From Ostrea edulis (Eukaryota): a DNA stretch of 64,000 bases. The position numbers were made by a program, and so were the translations under genes. The DNA lies in contig NC_079166.1 in the NCBI RefSeq assembly GCF_947568905.1, positions 78,306,001-78,370,000 of the forward strand, given 5' to 3'. Below are positions 1 to 12,080 of the stretch, one piece after another. The first letter of the stretch is position 1; every line of letters begins with the position of its first letter. The notes beneath the pieces were generated by a model. The model was not told the origin of the DNA. It did not search any database and saw only the letters and a program-made list of their open reading frames with translations.

Positions 1-668
1 TGAAGGAACTGTGAGGAATGAGTAGATTTCTATTTCAGTGAACCAAGCTGAGAATCTGGATTGATTTGAGTTAGATTTATAATTTCTCTCTGTGTAGGGG
101 ATGTAGGGCTTGCTGCATGTGTCGAATGTAAACTCTGTAATTGAAGATCATGTAAGTTGCTTGATGGATATCGGTGTGTGTGTCAGGAACATTACCCAAG
201 TGTTAAATTTTTTTTAGACAAATAGAGAAAAAAATTCCATAAGATTGTATTGAGGGAGCACTGCATACTTTCTGTGCTAAATCTTAAAACAATGAATTAT
301 TTCATCTGAATGATAAAACATGCCCCTGATACACCAGTATATATAACTGCTTTCTAGATCCCTGCAATAGTTGTACATATGTAGAGCTACGTAATTAAAC
401 GAAATGTGCAAATTACAAAATCAACACATGACAGTGAAAGGTGGTTTTCAGATGATAATTAGAAAATTCGAAATTGATCTCCAGATTTTCTGCTACTTTT
501 TAATAGTAAATATGTGTGGCCCGTTTTTGGTAGCATCATGGGGAAAAGATTAAATGACCGAAGCATACTAACCTAACTGTTATAATTACTCCTAATTACG
601 AAAAATACTAACTGTCTGCTATTAATTTGTGCAAGATAGAAAATCACACTGCCAGATATCATAGAGTC

Positions 669-760
669 TACTTGATTTCAGATATCTTAAAGTGTACTTG
701 ATTTCAAATATCATACGGTACTTGATTTCAGATACATGTATCATACAGTACTCGATGTTT
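669..760. repeat. Short degenerate tandem repeat, ~24-30-bp unit (TACTTGATTTCAGATA...)
   Basis: TACTTGATTTCA recurs at 669, 695 and 719, with a decayed fourth copy near 749. Confidence 0.6.
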
Positions 761-1417
761 GTACTCTTGTACAATTTCAAGAAATATTTCTTAGTATGTT
801 TCAATTTGTTAGATATTTTGCCAACCTTATTTTAATCTTATTTAGCAGGATTTGTAGAAGACATAGAAATATTTAGTTAATTCAATCTCTCAAGGAATTT
901 ATTATTTAGATATGCTTACATTGCATGGTTTTGTGCGTTGATTTACAGAACACCTGTAACATATTTACAGAATACACAAGTGTTATTTGGGACCAGTTTG
1001 TAGTAGGAAATTTTTTTTGATTTGTGAATAATTCTTACAATATCTTATGTTATTGAATGTCTTGCTGTGATATTGCCTTCCGAAGTTCATGTATTTAACA
1101 AGTGCATTTATGTCGACCCAGCTGAGTGTGGTGTGGATTCTGTAGAGATGGACATTGAAATTTGTGGTTATAACAATGGAATTTTTTAGTGACGTCGTAA
1201 ATAGCTACACTTATTATTTATCCTAGATGTAGCTAGGCTTATTATTTTGTTTGTTTGTTTAGAAAGAATTCAGGATAATTTTAAAAAAAATTCCATTCTA
1301 ACTTTTGACCTAGATTAAACCAGAATATTGTGGACCAGTTTATTGGTTAATATGCAGAGATGACTCCTGTATGAGAGCAACTTATTTCATTTACAAAATG
1401 TCTAATGCCAGAATCAC

Positions 1418-1536
1418 AGCCCCACCCCCACCCCACCCCCTAACTTAAACATTAGGTACCTTGACAGCCCCACCCCCTAACATTAGGTACCCTTGACAGC
1501 CCCACCCCCTAATTTAAACATTAGGTACCCTTGACA
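1418..1536. repeat. Tandem repeat, ~3 copies of a 31-38-bp unit (CAGCCCCACCCCCTAA...CATTAGGTACCCTTGA)
   Basis: Direct reading of three near-identical units. Confidence 0.8.
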
Positions 1537-2312
1537 TGTATGATACATATAAAGTATACCCATACCTTCAGAGTGTCTGTAACCAGAGTGTAGAAGAATA
1601 TTTCTTGTTTAATTATTAATGATCTATTTCTTAATGATGTACGAGTGTACTATTGCATGTATGACATTTTACATTGGAACGTCTAGTTTACCTCCTTAGT
1701 TATTCACAGGCATATATAGAACTATCATTCAAATTCTACAACAAATATGCACAAATCTCCTCTCTTTTAGTGTGAATAAATACACTTTGATTAAAAGGCA
1801 ATCTGCACTTTTGCTAATTCACCCAAAGAAAAACACATTTTAAAACCCAGTCCCAAAAGGTAACTATTCCAAATTCTCTTAGATGTTCCAATGAATTATT
1901 GATTAATTATTGATTCCGTTTCGTACTTCTTTGCACTCCCTACAGGAGAGTTCCTTTGTTTGACAGATTTGCAGATGCACTATAATTTCTCTTTTGCTGG
2001 TGATGTTGCAAACTCTTTTCACGTGACGCTGGATTTAGTTTTTAGATGTGCTGTGGCTTGCATATTCTTCAATCTGTTTTGTGTGTTGTTCATCTTTGAT
2101 GGACATACATATGATTTTGAATTGATAGAATTAACATAAAACCTTATTCATTAGATCCCTAAATATGCAATTGACCTTAATGTTGGGTTGGGTTTTTTGG
2201 GGGGTTGGTTGGTTTTTTTTTAGGTGTCTGTATAGATTTCATTTGCATTCTGTAAAAAAAACTTTCATTTTCAAAATGACTTTTAATTTATTTTTATTAA
2301 TTACATGTATCA

Positions 2313-2650
2313 TGCTATTGTAGCTCCAACCCATAATAGCTACATGTATACTATGTGTTACTATGGCAACATGATTTCATTCAGTAGCGTGCTATTGTAG
2401 CTCCAATGTTAGTTACACTATGTGTTACTATGGCAACATGATTTCATTCAGTAGCGTGCTATTGTAGTTCCAATGTTACTCACACTATGTGTTACTATGG
2501 CAATATGATTTCATTCAGTAGGTGCTATTGTAGTTCCAATGTTACTCACACTATGTGTTACTATGGCAATATGATTTCATTCAGTAGGTGCTATTGTAGT
2601 TACAATGTTACTCACACTATGTGTTACTATGGCAACATGATTTTCACTAT
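2313..2650. repeat. Minisatellite, 66-67-bp unit, ~4.5-5 copies
   Basis: CTATGTGTTACTATGGCAA starts at 2351, 2418, 2485, 2551 and 2617. This explains the repetitive ORF 2487..2672. Confidence 0.92.
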
Positions 2651-4164
2651 AGATTGGCCTAAGTACAGTTGAAACTCAGCATCTAGAACATCAATATCTC
2701 GAATACTATGGATATGTTGAAGTGAATTGCAAGTTTCAAATGTATTTTTCTTTTGTGTTTTAACCACAACATCTTGAACCCTCGGAAATCTCGAAGTTTT
2801 TTTTTCAGAACCCCAAGTTTGAGATAACAAGGTTTGACTGGAGCAGTATGAAACACACCCAGGATTGAATCAGCTTGTACTATAAAATGTAAATAATGTG
2901 GTCATCAGGTCTTTTTATTTATTTTATTTTTGGTCACAGAAAACCTTGGATATTTGTAAGAAGAATTTTTTTAGCACCCCCACCCCCACCTCACTCTCTC
3001 CACCACACCCTCACCCCACCCCCATCCCACTCCCTCCACCCCCACATTGGCATTCGTGAAATAGCAGCAGCATCTCTACTTATTTTTTTTCTGGCATGAT
3101 TTTGACATACTTCTCACCAAGCCGTTTTTATTGTTTGAGATTTATTATCGTACGATAACTTCTATTTATGATTAAGCTATGAGGACCGTTTAAATTCCTC
3201 GGCTGTAGTGAATACGCTTGATTAATGACAATTTCTCCGATATGCATCATGGTCTAATTTTTTTCATACATTCTGTAAAATAAGAACTTTTGTCAGCTAT
3301 TCAGAATAGAGAACATAACACCAGATTCAATCGTTTTCTTTTATTCTCAAGTAAATTGAAAGATTAAAACTCCATTCGAGTTGCACATCACTTTCATATT
3401 TATATATATATTTTATGTTAATTCTGTTATATGTAACAAATATAACTGAAAAACAAAAGATATGAATTATAATTATTATGCTTATAACCATATTGTCCTC
3501 TGTCTTTCTATAATAAGTACCTGAATATTGATGATTATGTATATATTTATTGAGAGTGGAGAAACACAGTCAGCTGATTTTATCATTGTTACTCCTGTGC
3601 AGCACATTATAATCAGCTGTTTCAGTACTAAGTAACAGAGATCTGATGTACATTCTGCCACTCATAGTATACATGTAACCACAGCAGGCTAATCGTGATG
3701 AAAACCTACTTTGTTGCTTAAGTGCAATGATTTGCAATAAAGTTTCTGAAGTATTGATTTTTCATTGTCTGATATTTTGTTCTCGAGTTTGAATTGACAG
3801 ATCATATGGAACTTTATACGCTGTGAAACTCATGCACCATATAAAGCATGATTACAAAAAGATAAATAGACTTCGACAACATTTTTTGAGAAATATTTTT
3901 GTGCGGGCTAAAACGCCTGGATGGAAATTTCACTGGGTTAGTTTTCTACTCTTGTCCGGTATCAGCAATTTCTACCCAGAGTTATCGTTCCTTATACTCA
4001 AACATTTCTCAAAATTAGCATCGTTATTCTACGTGTAAATTCACTAATTTCTCGGGGTTAATAAAACTAAGAACTAATTCAGGAAGAAGGGCGGGCAACT
4101 CTTTGTAGGTTTTAATCCTAATCAGGTTCGTAGCTACTTGATTTTGTATATAGCTACCTGTAAC

Positions 4165-4693
4165 ATCATTTGCGAGAAAGAGACATCTTTGCTGTTCGCG
4201 TTATAAAATTTGTTTCTCAAAAATAACTGCATTATATAGTCCCGGTTTATAATTAAATCAGCATCACAATGTCCCTTCAATCAAATTTAACGTCCCTTTT
4301 GAATTTCAAATCAACATCATGTCGACTATCACCTTAATGTACACCATGCATGTAGCAGACGGAACAGGGTAGTCTGTTATCGGTAAATTCCACCATACAT
4401 ACCATGACGTGGAAAACAACGAGAGAGAAAATCGTAAAACGAATGTAAAGTCAAAGTTCACACGGTGAGTTGCCGTTATCAATCATTTTGTGGATTCTTT
4501 TGGATTTGGAAGTTGACATCTATGAATAAAAAATAGGTTATTTCATTGCTTGGCTTTACCCTGGACCTACTGGGGTTCCCAAGGTGGCCCACAGACACCT
4601 TACCCTGGACCAACTGGGGGTCCCAAGGTGGCCCGCAGACCCCTTACCATATTACTTTGCATACACTTTATTTTCTTTTTGGCAACGCGCCTG
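4165..4693. repeat. Dispersed repeat A, copy 1 (probable terminal part of a non-autonomous DNA transposon)
   Basis: Colinear with 8018-8606: shared AAAATAACTGCATTATAyAGTCCCGGTTTATAATT, a doubled CCCTGGAC..ACTGGG module, and a common end ACGCGCCTG. Confidence 0.7.
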
Positions 4694-4698
4694 ATAGT

Positions 4699-4767
4699 GC
4701 ATCGTCGCAAACCACGGGTTATTGTTTCATATAGACCGAAACAATAACCCGTGGTTTGCGACGATGC
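4699..4767. repeat. Perfect 29-bp inverted repeat with 11-nt loop
   Basis: GCATCGTCGCAAACCACGGGTTATTGTTT (4699-4727) / CATATAGACCG / AAACAATAACCCGTGGTTTGCGACGATGC (4739-4767). Confidence 0.95.
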
Positions 4768-5950
4768 TGATCGTGTAGTCTAGCAATATCTGCATTTCAA
4801 CAAAATCCAATGCTTCTCGTGTTACAGAAAGACTTGACATCTGCGTGATATTACTTTATTTAATACGTATATCTTTGCAACTGAAGTTGAAAAAATATTT
4901 TTATGTGAGCATTTCGCATGAATCTTGGGGAAAACCCTCGAGACGTTTACAAGAGGTTTAGTGTAGGACTAATACATATGTGTGTAGGTGTACGGAACGA
5001 TAACTCTGGGTAGAGATTGCAGTATTTGTCAAGTTGATATGGTTCATTGTTTTGCAGTCTTACAACAGTCGTCTGTTCTAGGTTCTGTGTGCTATAGCAG
5101 TTTGTTCATCATGAACTCGAGACCTCACGGTCGTGAACTGAACGCCCAAACCACGGAGCCCTCCGTCAGTCGAGCTGCTGGTGAAACAGAAATATTTTGT
5201 CGTGTTTGATAGATCTGTATGTAGAAAAAATAAAACAACAAATTTCACGCGTTCCATATTTACTACATAATCTAAATATAATATTCCGGTTTCTACAATT
5301 CTCGGGTATTTTTTCAGCGCCCAGGGTAATTTTAAACTTATACTGTTTAGGTAGAGTCTGTACACTGTATGTTGATTTCTCATCTAGTTAAGGACTAGCA
5401 TACCCCCACCCCACCCCCGGTAGAGGGGTACTTCATTATTATTTAAATATGTAATATTGTAACACAGGCACTAGACGTTTTAAATATCTATAATTGAAAA
5501 ATTGTCTTCCTGTAAACATAGTATTCATATTATGTTTACAGGAAGACAATTTTTTTTATTATTATAAATATTTAAAACGTCGAGTGCCTGTGTATTGTAA
5601 GGCCGTATCATCAGCTATTCCCAGCCCTACAAGGCTAGCACTAATTTGGAACAAAACCCGCTGCTGTCGGTGTTTAAATGTAAGGAAAAAATACTTCATT
5701 GTAAAAATACACAAAAAAGGTTCCGAAAATCTGAACATCCGAGATGCATTGTGTCATTTCCGGAAAAGGAGCACTTGAATTATTAACAATACATAGTGGC
5801 GCCCCAGTACATACCGGGAAATAACACCACTACTCGGTACATTCCGATGAAACAGAGTTTGTTATCGGTCGAATATGGTGTAAATACAGCAATTTGTTTG
5901 TAACTTTCTTCGGATTTATTCTTAATGACAATACTTTCTGTTGGAAGTTG

Positions 5951-7297
5951 ATGGAAACGAACGTCAGCGAAAGGATGGTGAATTTGACCAGCAACCAGTC
6001 CGTGGTTGGGGACCTTGCCGACTGGAATAGCGAAATCGCTGCTGATCGTCTGCCCAACACAGTCGTACTGTGTTTTTATATGATAATTGGAGTGATTGGT
6101 AATTTACTTGTTATTCTTGTGTACAAATCTCGCACGCACATGCAGACGGACAATCGTTATTTCATTTTGTTTCTGGCGGAGCTGGATCTTGTTGCTGTAG
6201 TGCTCTGCTCTGCCTACTCCTTGTTCCTCAACTTCTCCTTCGTTCTCCCCAAAAGTGGTTCTGTGTGTAGAGTGTTTTCATTCTTTATCCAGACAGGGGG
6301 CGTGACCTCTGGGATCGTGTTGCTGTACATCTCTATTCAGCGCTACAAGTTAGTGTGTAGACCAACACGACGCCAGATCAGCGCACGACACCGAAAAATC
6401 ATGTTGGGGATCAGTCTCATAGCAGGCGCGGCTTTTTCGAGTCCTATCTCGGCGTTTTACAATGTAAGCGAAGTATATGATGCTGGGAGAAATGTGACGG
6501 GGTTCGAGTGCGGTATTGTGAAGCCTACGCCTCTCCATGGCGTTTTATTCTCAATTTATAACGGAATCTTATTACTGGCAACAATAGTCGTACTGGTTAC
6601 CATGGCAGTTTTATACACATTGATTTTGAAATCAATGAGAAAAAGAAGCGCCACATTCAAAGAACGCGAGAGCCGACGAAAGCAGCTTCGCGAAATGGCT
6701 GATGCCAATACGGTTGATTTATCCAGCGAGGACTTTTTGAACAGTTCGTCTCAAATGCAGACAAGTGACACTGGCATTGAATCGCGAAATTCGCAATTTA
6801 TTCTAAGCGAAATAACGAAGGATAAACACCCGAGATCCTCTATGATTATCGATAGAGACGATCGTATGAATCCCAGAGACCCAGTCTGTCAGCGGAATTC
6901 TTGTGTAGACAACCACTCAAATAAGCTGACGACAAAACGCAAACGCAAAGCCAGCTATCAAGCTGTCAAGAACCATTTTTCAACACATCGATACTCGTAC
7001 ATTTTTATATCTATAACATTCTTCTTTGCCCTATCGTACATACCCACTGTGATAGTGTCGGCTTTGGAGTCCCGATCTACTTATTTTTGGATAAACCAAT
7101 CATATTCCGCCTTGCAGATTTTCCTGATTTTGCGCAGGATGTACATTTTCAATCACATTGTGAATCCAGTAATATATGGCTATTTTGATCGATCATTTCG
7201 AAGGGAGGTGAAAAAATTACTACGTAAAATGCTGTGTGGCCTGGTGAAAACCGAAAATAACAGTATGTCGGACAAGACGAGTGGAAACCATTACTAG
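5951..7297 (+). CDS. Intronless class A (rhodopsin-like) GPCR, peptide-receptor-like orphan, 448 aa
   Basis: First ATG at 5951 (the track's 5894 start is TTG). N-terminal N-glycosylation sequons NVS, NLT, NQS. Seven hydrophobic segments with TM1 GVIGN, TM2 LAELD, TM3 Cys and ISIQRY (DRY variant), ECL2 Cys (GFECG), TM6 SYIP and TM7 NHIVNPVIY. Long third intracellular loop. Ligand family cannot be assigned from sequence alone. Confidence 0.93.
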   Translation: METNVSERMVNLTSNQSVVGDLADWNSEIAADRLPNTVVLCFYMIIGVIGNLLVILVYKSRTHMQTDNRYFILFLAELDLVAVVLCSAYSLFLNFSFVLPKSGSVCRVFSFFIQTGGVTSGIVLLYISIQRYKLVCRPTRRQISARHRKIMLGISLIAGAAFSSPISAFYNVSEVYDAGRNVTGFECGIVKPTPLHGVLFSIYNGILLLATIVVLVTMAVLYTLILKSMRKRSATFKERESRRKQLREMADANTVDLSSEDFLNSSSQMQTSDTGIESRNSQFILSEITKDKHPRSSMIIDRDDRMNPRDPVCQRNSCVDNHSNKLTTKRKRKASYQAVKNHFSTHRYSYIFISITFFFALSYIPTVIVSALESRSTYFWINQSYSALQIFLILRRMYIFNHIVNPVIYGYFDRSFRREVKKLLRKMLCGLVKTENNSMSDKTSGNHY

Positions 7298-7400
7298 ACC
7301 GCCGTACTTATACAGAATTGTATATAATGGGATGTGTTATTAGAAAGTATGTAATGCTCAGAATATGCATCGATTTTTATTACTTCCAATCATTTCTCCC

Positions 7401-7444
7401 ACCTTGAATTGCCATCAGAGCAACCTTGAATTGCCATCAGAGCA
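7401..7444. repeat. Exact 22-bp tandem duplication in the GPCR 3' flank
   Basis: ACCTTGAATTGCCATCAGAGCA twice. Confidence 0.9.
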
Positions 7445-8017
7445 GACCTTTAAATGAAGAATAAAGGGGAAAAGTGTCTTCAATACAATTTTCTCAGAAG
7501 TCGAATTAATATGAAAGTTTCCCTTCCGTGCGAATGTGAAACAATCAATCTAATTAAAATCAAATCTTCTCTAACCGTTAACTGCAGACGGAATCTGACA
7601 GCAATGTAATTGTTCCCAATCTCATGGATAATACATTACGTATTCGACCAGTAATAATAGCTTGACGAAGAATCAAGGACCAATCAGGAATCGGTTTACT
7701 AAAAAGTTTTCGGATTGTAGGTTCACAAAAGAATAGCGCGGTGTCGATCCACGAAAAGTTTAGACGAATTCCAAATATCAGTGCTAAAGGAAGAGCAAAG
7801 GAAGATCTAAGATATTATACATCCATTATCGTTAAAATATATTTTCTGTGGCGTCCTAACATTGTTCATCGATAATTCTCCCGTACTTTCTCGGTAATTA
7901 TTGGCATGCGTATGATAATCAGAACTTTCATGTTAGCGAAAGCCGTCATTTCATTAGTTACGTGTAAAAGGTGAAATAACATGACCCAGGCGAAAGTTCG
8001 CAACTGTGTAGGCCTAT

Positions 8018-8606
8018 GCGTCATTTACGAGAGAGAGAGAGAGGGGGGGATTTGCCGTTGAAATATTTGTGCCTAAAAAATAACTGCATTATACAGTCCC
8101 GGTTTATAATTTAATCAGCATCATAATGTCAATTCAATCAATTTAAAGTATTTTTCGGATTTCAAATCATCAACATCTTGTCGAATATCACTTTGATATA
8201 CTTCATGTATAGTAGGCGGACTGGGGTATTTTTTGTTAGTAGTAACATTTACCTTATACATACTATGTAGTCAAAAAAAACCAAAAAAACGGGGGGAAAT
8301 CGTATTCAAAATGAATGTAAAGACAGTCCTAGTATACTCACAGTGAGTAGGCATTATCAAACATTTTGGAAATAATTTTGTGAATTCTTTTGGTTTTGGA
8401 AATTGACCCAAAAAAAAACCTGTTCTATGCACAAAAAATGGTTGATTTCATTGGTAAATTCCACATGCAAAGCCCTGGACTTACTGGGACCTCAAGGCGG
8501 TCCCCATACCCTGCAAAGCCCTGGACTTACTGGGACCTCAAGGCGGTCCCCATACCCCTTGCTGTACTTTGCGTATTCTTCATTTTCTTACTTTCTACGC
8601 GCCTGA
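8018..8606. repeat. Dispersed repeat A, copy 2 (same orientation as copy 1)
   Basis: See 4165-4693. Also contains an internal ~40-bp duplication TGCAAAGCCCTGGACTTACTGGGACCTCAAGGCGGTCCCCATACCC. Confidence 0.7.
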
Positions 8607-9074
8607 CATGACCTCCAATGCAATGCTGTTAGATCTTTCTCATGTGTATCGGTTAGAGAAGATCTGATTTTAATTGGTGAAACAACGTACGTTCATTATT
8701 GTAAATAATTTTCACAGAGTGTAATCTAGCCATGCCATCATCACTTCCGGTACTTTATGAAGTAAAGCTGCACTGTTAAACAATCGTAATGATGAGCAAA
8801 AAGTGACACACACCCCCCCCCCCCCCCCCTCCCTCCTTATATTGAAGATGGTGACTTGACCAATTAATGTTTGTTATCTTAATATTTCATGCTCTTTGTA
8901 TAAAAGTGAGGCTTGGATCAAAAGTAAGCTGGTCTAAATGAACCTGTGGCCTGGCACCAGTGGTTAAATCACTTACTCTTAGTAAGTCAAAGCATAAATA
9001 AATGTATGTGACAATTGACTCATTTATATAATGTTCTGAAAGAAACAAGATGTCTGCCGTGATTACCTGTCTCT

Positions 9075-10818
9075 TCATTCACAATAGACACAGTCCTCAC
9101 TAACAACCTCAGCTACACAATAGACACACTCCTCACTAACCTCAGCTACACAATAGATACACTCCTCACTAACCTCAGCTACACAATAGATACAGTCCCC
9201 ACTAACCTCAGCTTCACAATAGATAGTCCTCACTAACCTCAGCTTCACAATAGACACACTCCTCACTAACCTCAGCTTCACAATAGATACACTCCTCACT
9301 AACCTCAGCTACACAATAGATACAGTCCCCACTAACCTCAGCTTCACAATAGATAGTCCTCACTAACCTCAGCTTCACAATAGACACACTCCTCACTAAC
9401 CTCAGCTTCACAATAGATACAGTCCTCACTAACCTCAGCTTCACAATAGATAGTCCTCACTAACCTCAGCTTCACAATAGACACACTCCTCACTAACCTC
9501 AGCTTCACAATAGATACAGTCCTCACTAACCTCAGCTTCACAATAGATAGTCCTCACTAACCTCAGCTTCACAATAGACACACTCCTCACTAACCTCAGC
9601 TTCACAATAGACACACTCCTCACTAACCTCAGCTTCACAATAGATAGTCCTCACTAACCTCAGCTTCACAATAGATACACTCCTCACTAACCTCAGCTTC
9701 ACAATAGATACACTCCTCACTAACCTCAGCTTCACAATAGACACAGTCCTCACTAACCTCAGCTTCACAATAGACACAGTCCTCACTAACCTCAGCTTCA
9801 CAATAGATAGTCCTCACTAACCTCAGCTTCACAATAGACACAGTCCTCACTAACCTCAGCTTCACAATAGATACAGTCCTCACTAACCTCAGCTTCACAA
9901 TAGACACAGTCCTCACTAACCTCAGCTTCACAATAGACACACTCCTCACTAACCTCAGCTTCACAATAGACACAGTCCTCACTAACCTCAGCTTCACAAT
10001 AGATACACTCCTCACTAACCTCAGCTTCACAATAGATACACTCCTCACTAACCTCAGCTTCACAATAGATAGTCCTCACTAACCTCAGCTTCACAATAGA
10101 TACAGTCCTCACTAACCTCAGCTTCACAATAGACACACTCCTCACTAACCTCAGCTTCACAATAGACACACTCCTCACTAACCTCAGCTTCACAATAGAT
10201 ACAGTCCTCACTAACCTCAGCTTCACAATAGATAGTCCTCACTAACCTCAGCTTCACAATAGATACAGTCCTCACTAACCTCAGCTTCACAATAGACACA
10301 CTCCTCACTAACCTCAGCTTCACAATAGACACAGTCCTCACTAACCTCAGCTTCACAATAGACACAGTCCTCACTAACCTCAGCTTCACAATAGATACAC
10401 TCCTCACTAACCTCAGCTTCACAATAGATACAGTCCTCACTAACCTCAGCTTCACAATAGACACACTCCTCACTAACCTCAGCTTCACAATAGATACACT
10501 CCTCACTAACCTCAGCTTCACAATAGATAGTCCTCACTAACCTCAGCTTCACAATAGACACAGTCCTCACTAACCTCAGCTTCACAATAGATACAGTCCT
10601 CACTAACCTCAGCTTCACAATAGACACACTCCTCACTAACCTCAGCTTCACAATAGACACAGTCCTCACTAACCTCAGCTTCACAATAGATACACTCCTC
10701 ACTAACCTCAGCTTCACAATAGATAGTCCTCACTAACCTCAGCTTCACAATAGACACACTCCTCACTAACCTCACCTTCACAATGAATACAGTTCTGACT
10801 AACCTCAGCTTTACTATA
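9075..10818. repeat. Minisatellite, 33-bp unit (CCTCAGCTTCACAATAGA-yACAsT-CCTCACTAA) with 31-bp variants, ~53 copies
   Basis: Highly homogeneous array. All the repetitive minus-strand ORFs at 9075-10781 derive from it. Confidence 0.98.
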
Positions 10819-10855
10819 GATATAGGTTTAGATAAAAAAAAAAAATTAAAAAAAA

Positions 10856-11453
10856 ACCACAGAGTCGTCCACTTCTGATTTGTACTTAAATATCTTATTA
10901 AATGTAGATATCAACTCAACTTTATGACAAACGGAATGATTTCAGCTTCTCCATCGTTAACTTTCCATATTTATGTAGCAATATTCCATTATCACCTGCA
11001 TATGGTGTTTATATATCTCAGCTTATTCGATATGCAAGAGCTTGTTCGGTGTATGGTCGGTTTTTAAATCGAGGCAAGCTACTGACAAACAAGTTGATGA
11101 TAAAAAGGGTTTCAACAGTCACGTTTAGAATTAACATTTCATAAATTCTATGGTCGTTATAACAATCTAGTTTGCCAATATAACCTATCATTGGGTCAGA
11201 TGCTGTCTGACATGTTTCATACCGATTGTTAAACCGTTCTTGGCACACTGATTTTGACTACGGATAACTCCGTTTACCTTATCAAGATATGGGGCTCACA
11301 GCGGGTGTGACTGGTCGACAGGAGATGCTTAATCCTCCTAGCTACCTGGTCCCATCTTTGGTGTGTCCAGGGGTCCGTGTTTGCCCAGCTATCTATTTTG
11401 TGTTGCTTATAGGGGTTGTGGGATTGATCACTGTTCGTTATCTTCGCCTTTCA
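10856..11453 (+). mobile_element. Penelope-like retroelement, 5'-truncated (RT C-terminus plus 3' tail)
   Basis: Decayed frame reads ...LYDKRNDFSFSIVNFPYLCSNIPLSPAYGVYISQLIRYARACS..., followed by the same GC-rich tail as the other copies (GGGTGTGACyGGTCGACAGG...ATCTTCGCCTTTCA). Confidence 0.8.
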
Positions 11454-11780
11454 TACAACAGATCTAGACTGTGTGTACACGTGTAAAAGGAAATATTTTA
11501 TGGCGAAAAGTATATGTATATTTTACAACATCCCCCACCCCCCATTGTAGAGAGAAAAGTAAAAAAAAAAATGTTTTAGTAAACAATACCGACAACAAAA
11601 AATATAAACCATGAGATGGATAGTATTATGGCAGATAATACAGTCACCAATCGGTTAACGATATATAGTTAACCAATCCTACGAATATCAAACAAACAAA
11701 AAATATAAACCATGCATTTATTCTGTAACTGTTCAATAGATATGGATACTGGAAATAGTAATGATGAGAGCCCTTACTTA

Positions 11781-12079
11781 GGCATTTATTGGTCGGTACT
11801 TTGGTTTATTAGTCGGTACTTTGGCATTTATTAGTCAGTAATTTGGTATTTATTGGTCAGTAATTTGGTATTTATTGGTCGGTACTTTGGTATTATTGGT
11901 CGGTACTTTGGTATTTATTGGTCGGTACTTTGGCATTTATTGGTCAGTAATTTGGTATTTATTGGTCGGTAATTTGGTATTTATTGGTCGGTAATTTGGT
12001 ATTTATTGGTCGGTACTTTGGTATTTATTGGTCGGTAATTTGGTATTTATTTGTCGGTACTGGTCGGTAATTTGGTATT
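11781..12079. repeat. Minisatellite, 22-bp unit (TTTATTGGTCGGTACTTTGGTA), left part
   Basis: About 13 copies. The array resumes at 13746 after a LINE insertion. Confidence 0.93.
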
Positions 12080-12080
12080 C

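Noticed and set aside
98-151. Possible 54-nt exon with good acceptor and GTAAGT donor
   Set aside because: Stops in all three frames. It could only be a UTR exon and there is no supporting context in the window.
5894-5950. N-terminal extension of the GPCR given by the ORF track
   Set aside because: Starts at TTG. The first ATG at 5951 already gives a typical glycosylated N-terminus.
9075-10818. Overlapping Cys/Glu-rich and KLRLVR-repeat ORFs
   Set aside because: Products of a 33-bp unit (multiple of 3), broken repeatedly by 31-bp units. No unique coding flanks or splice context.
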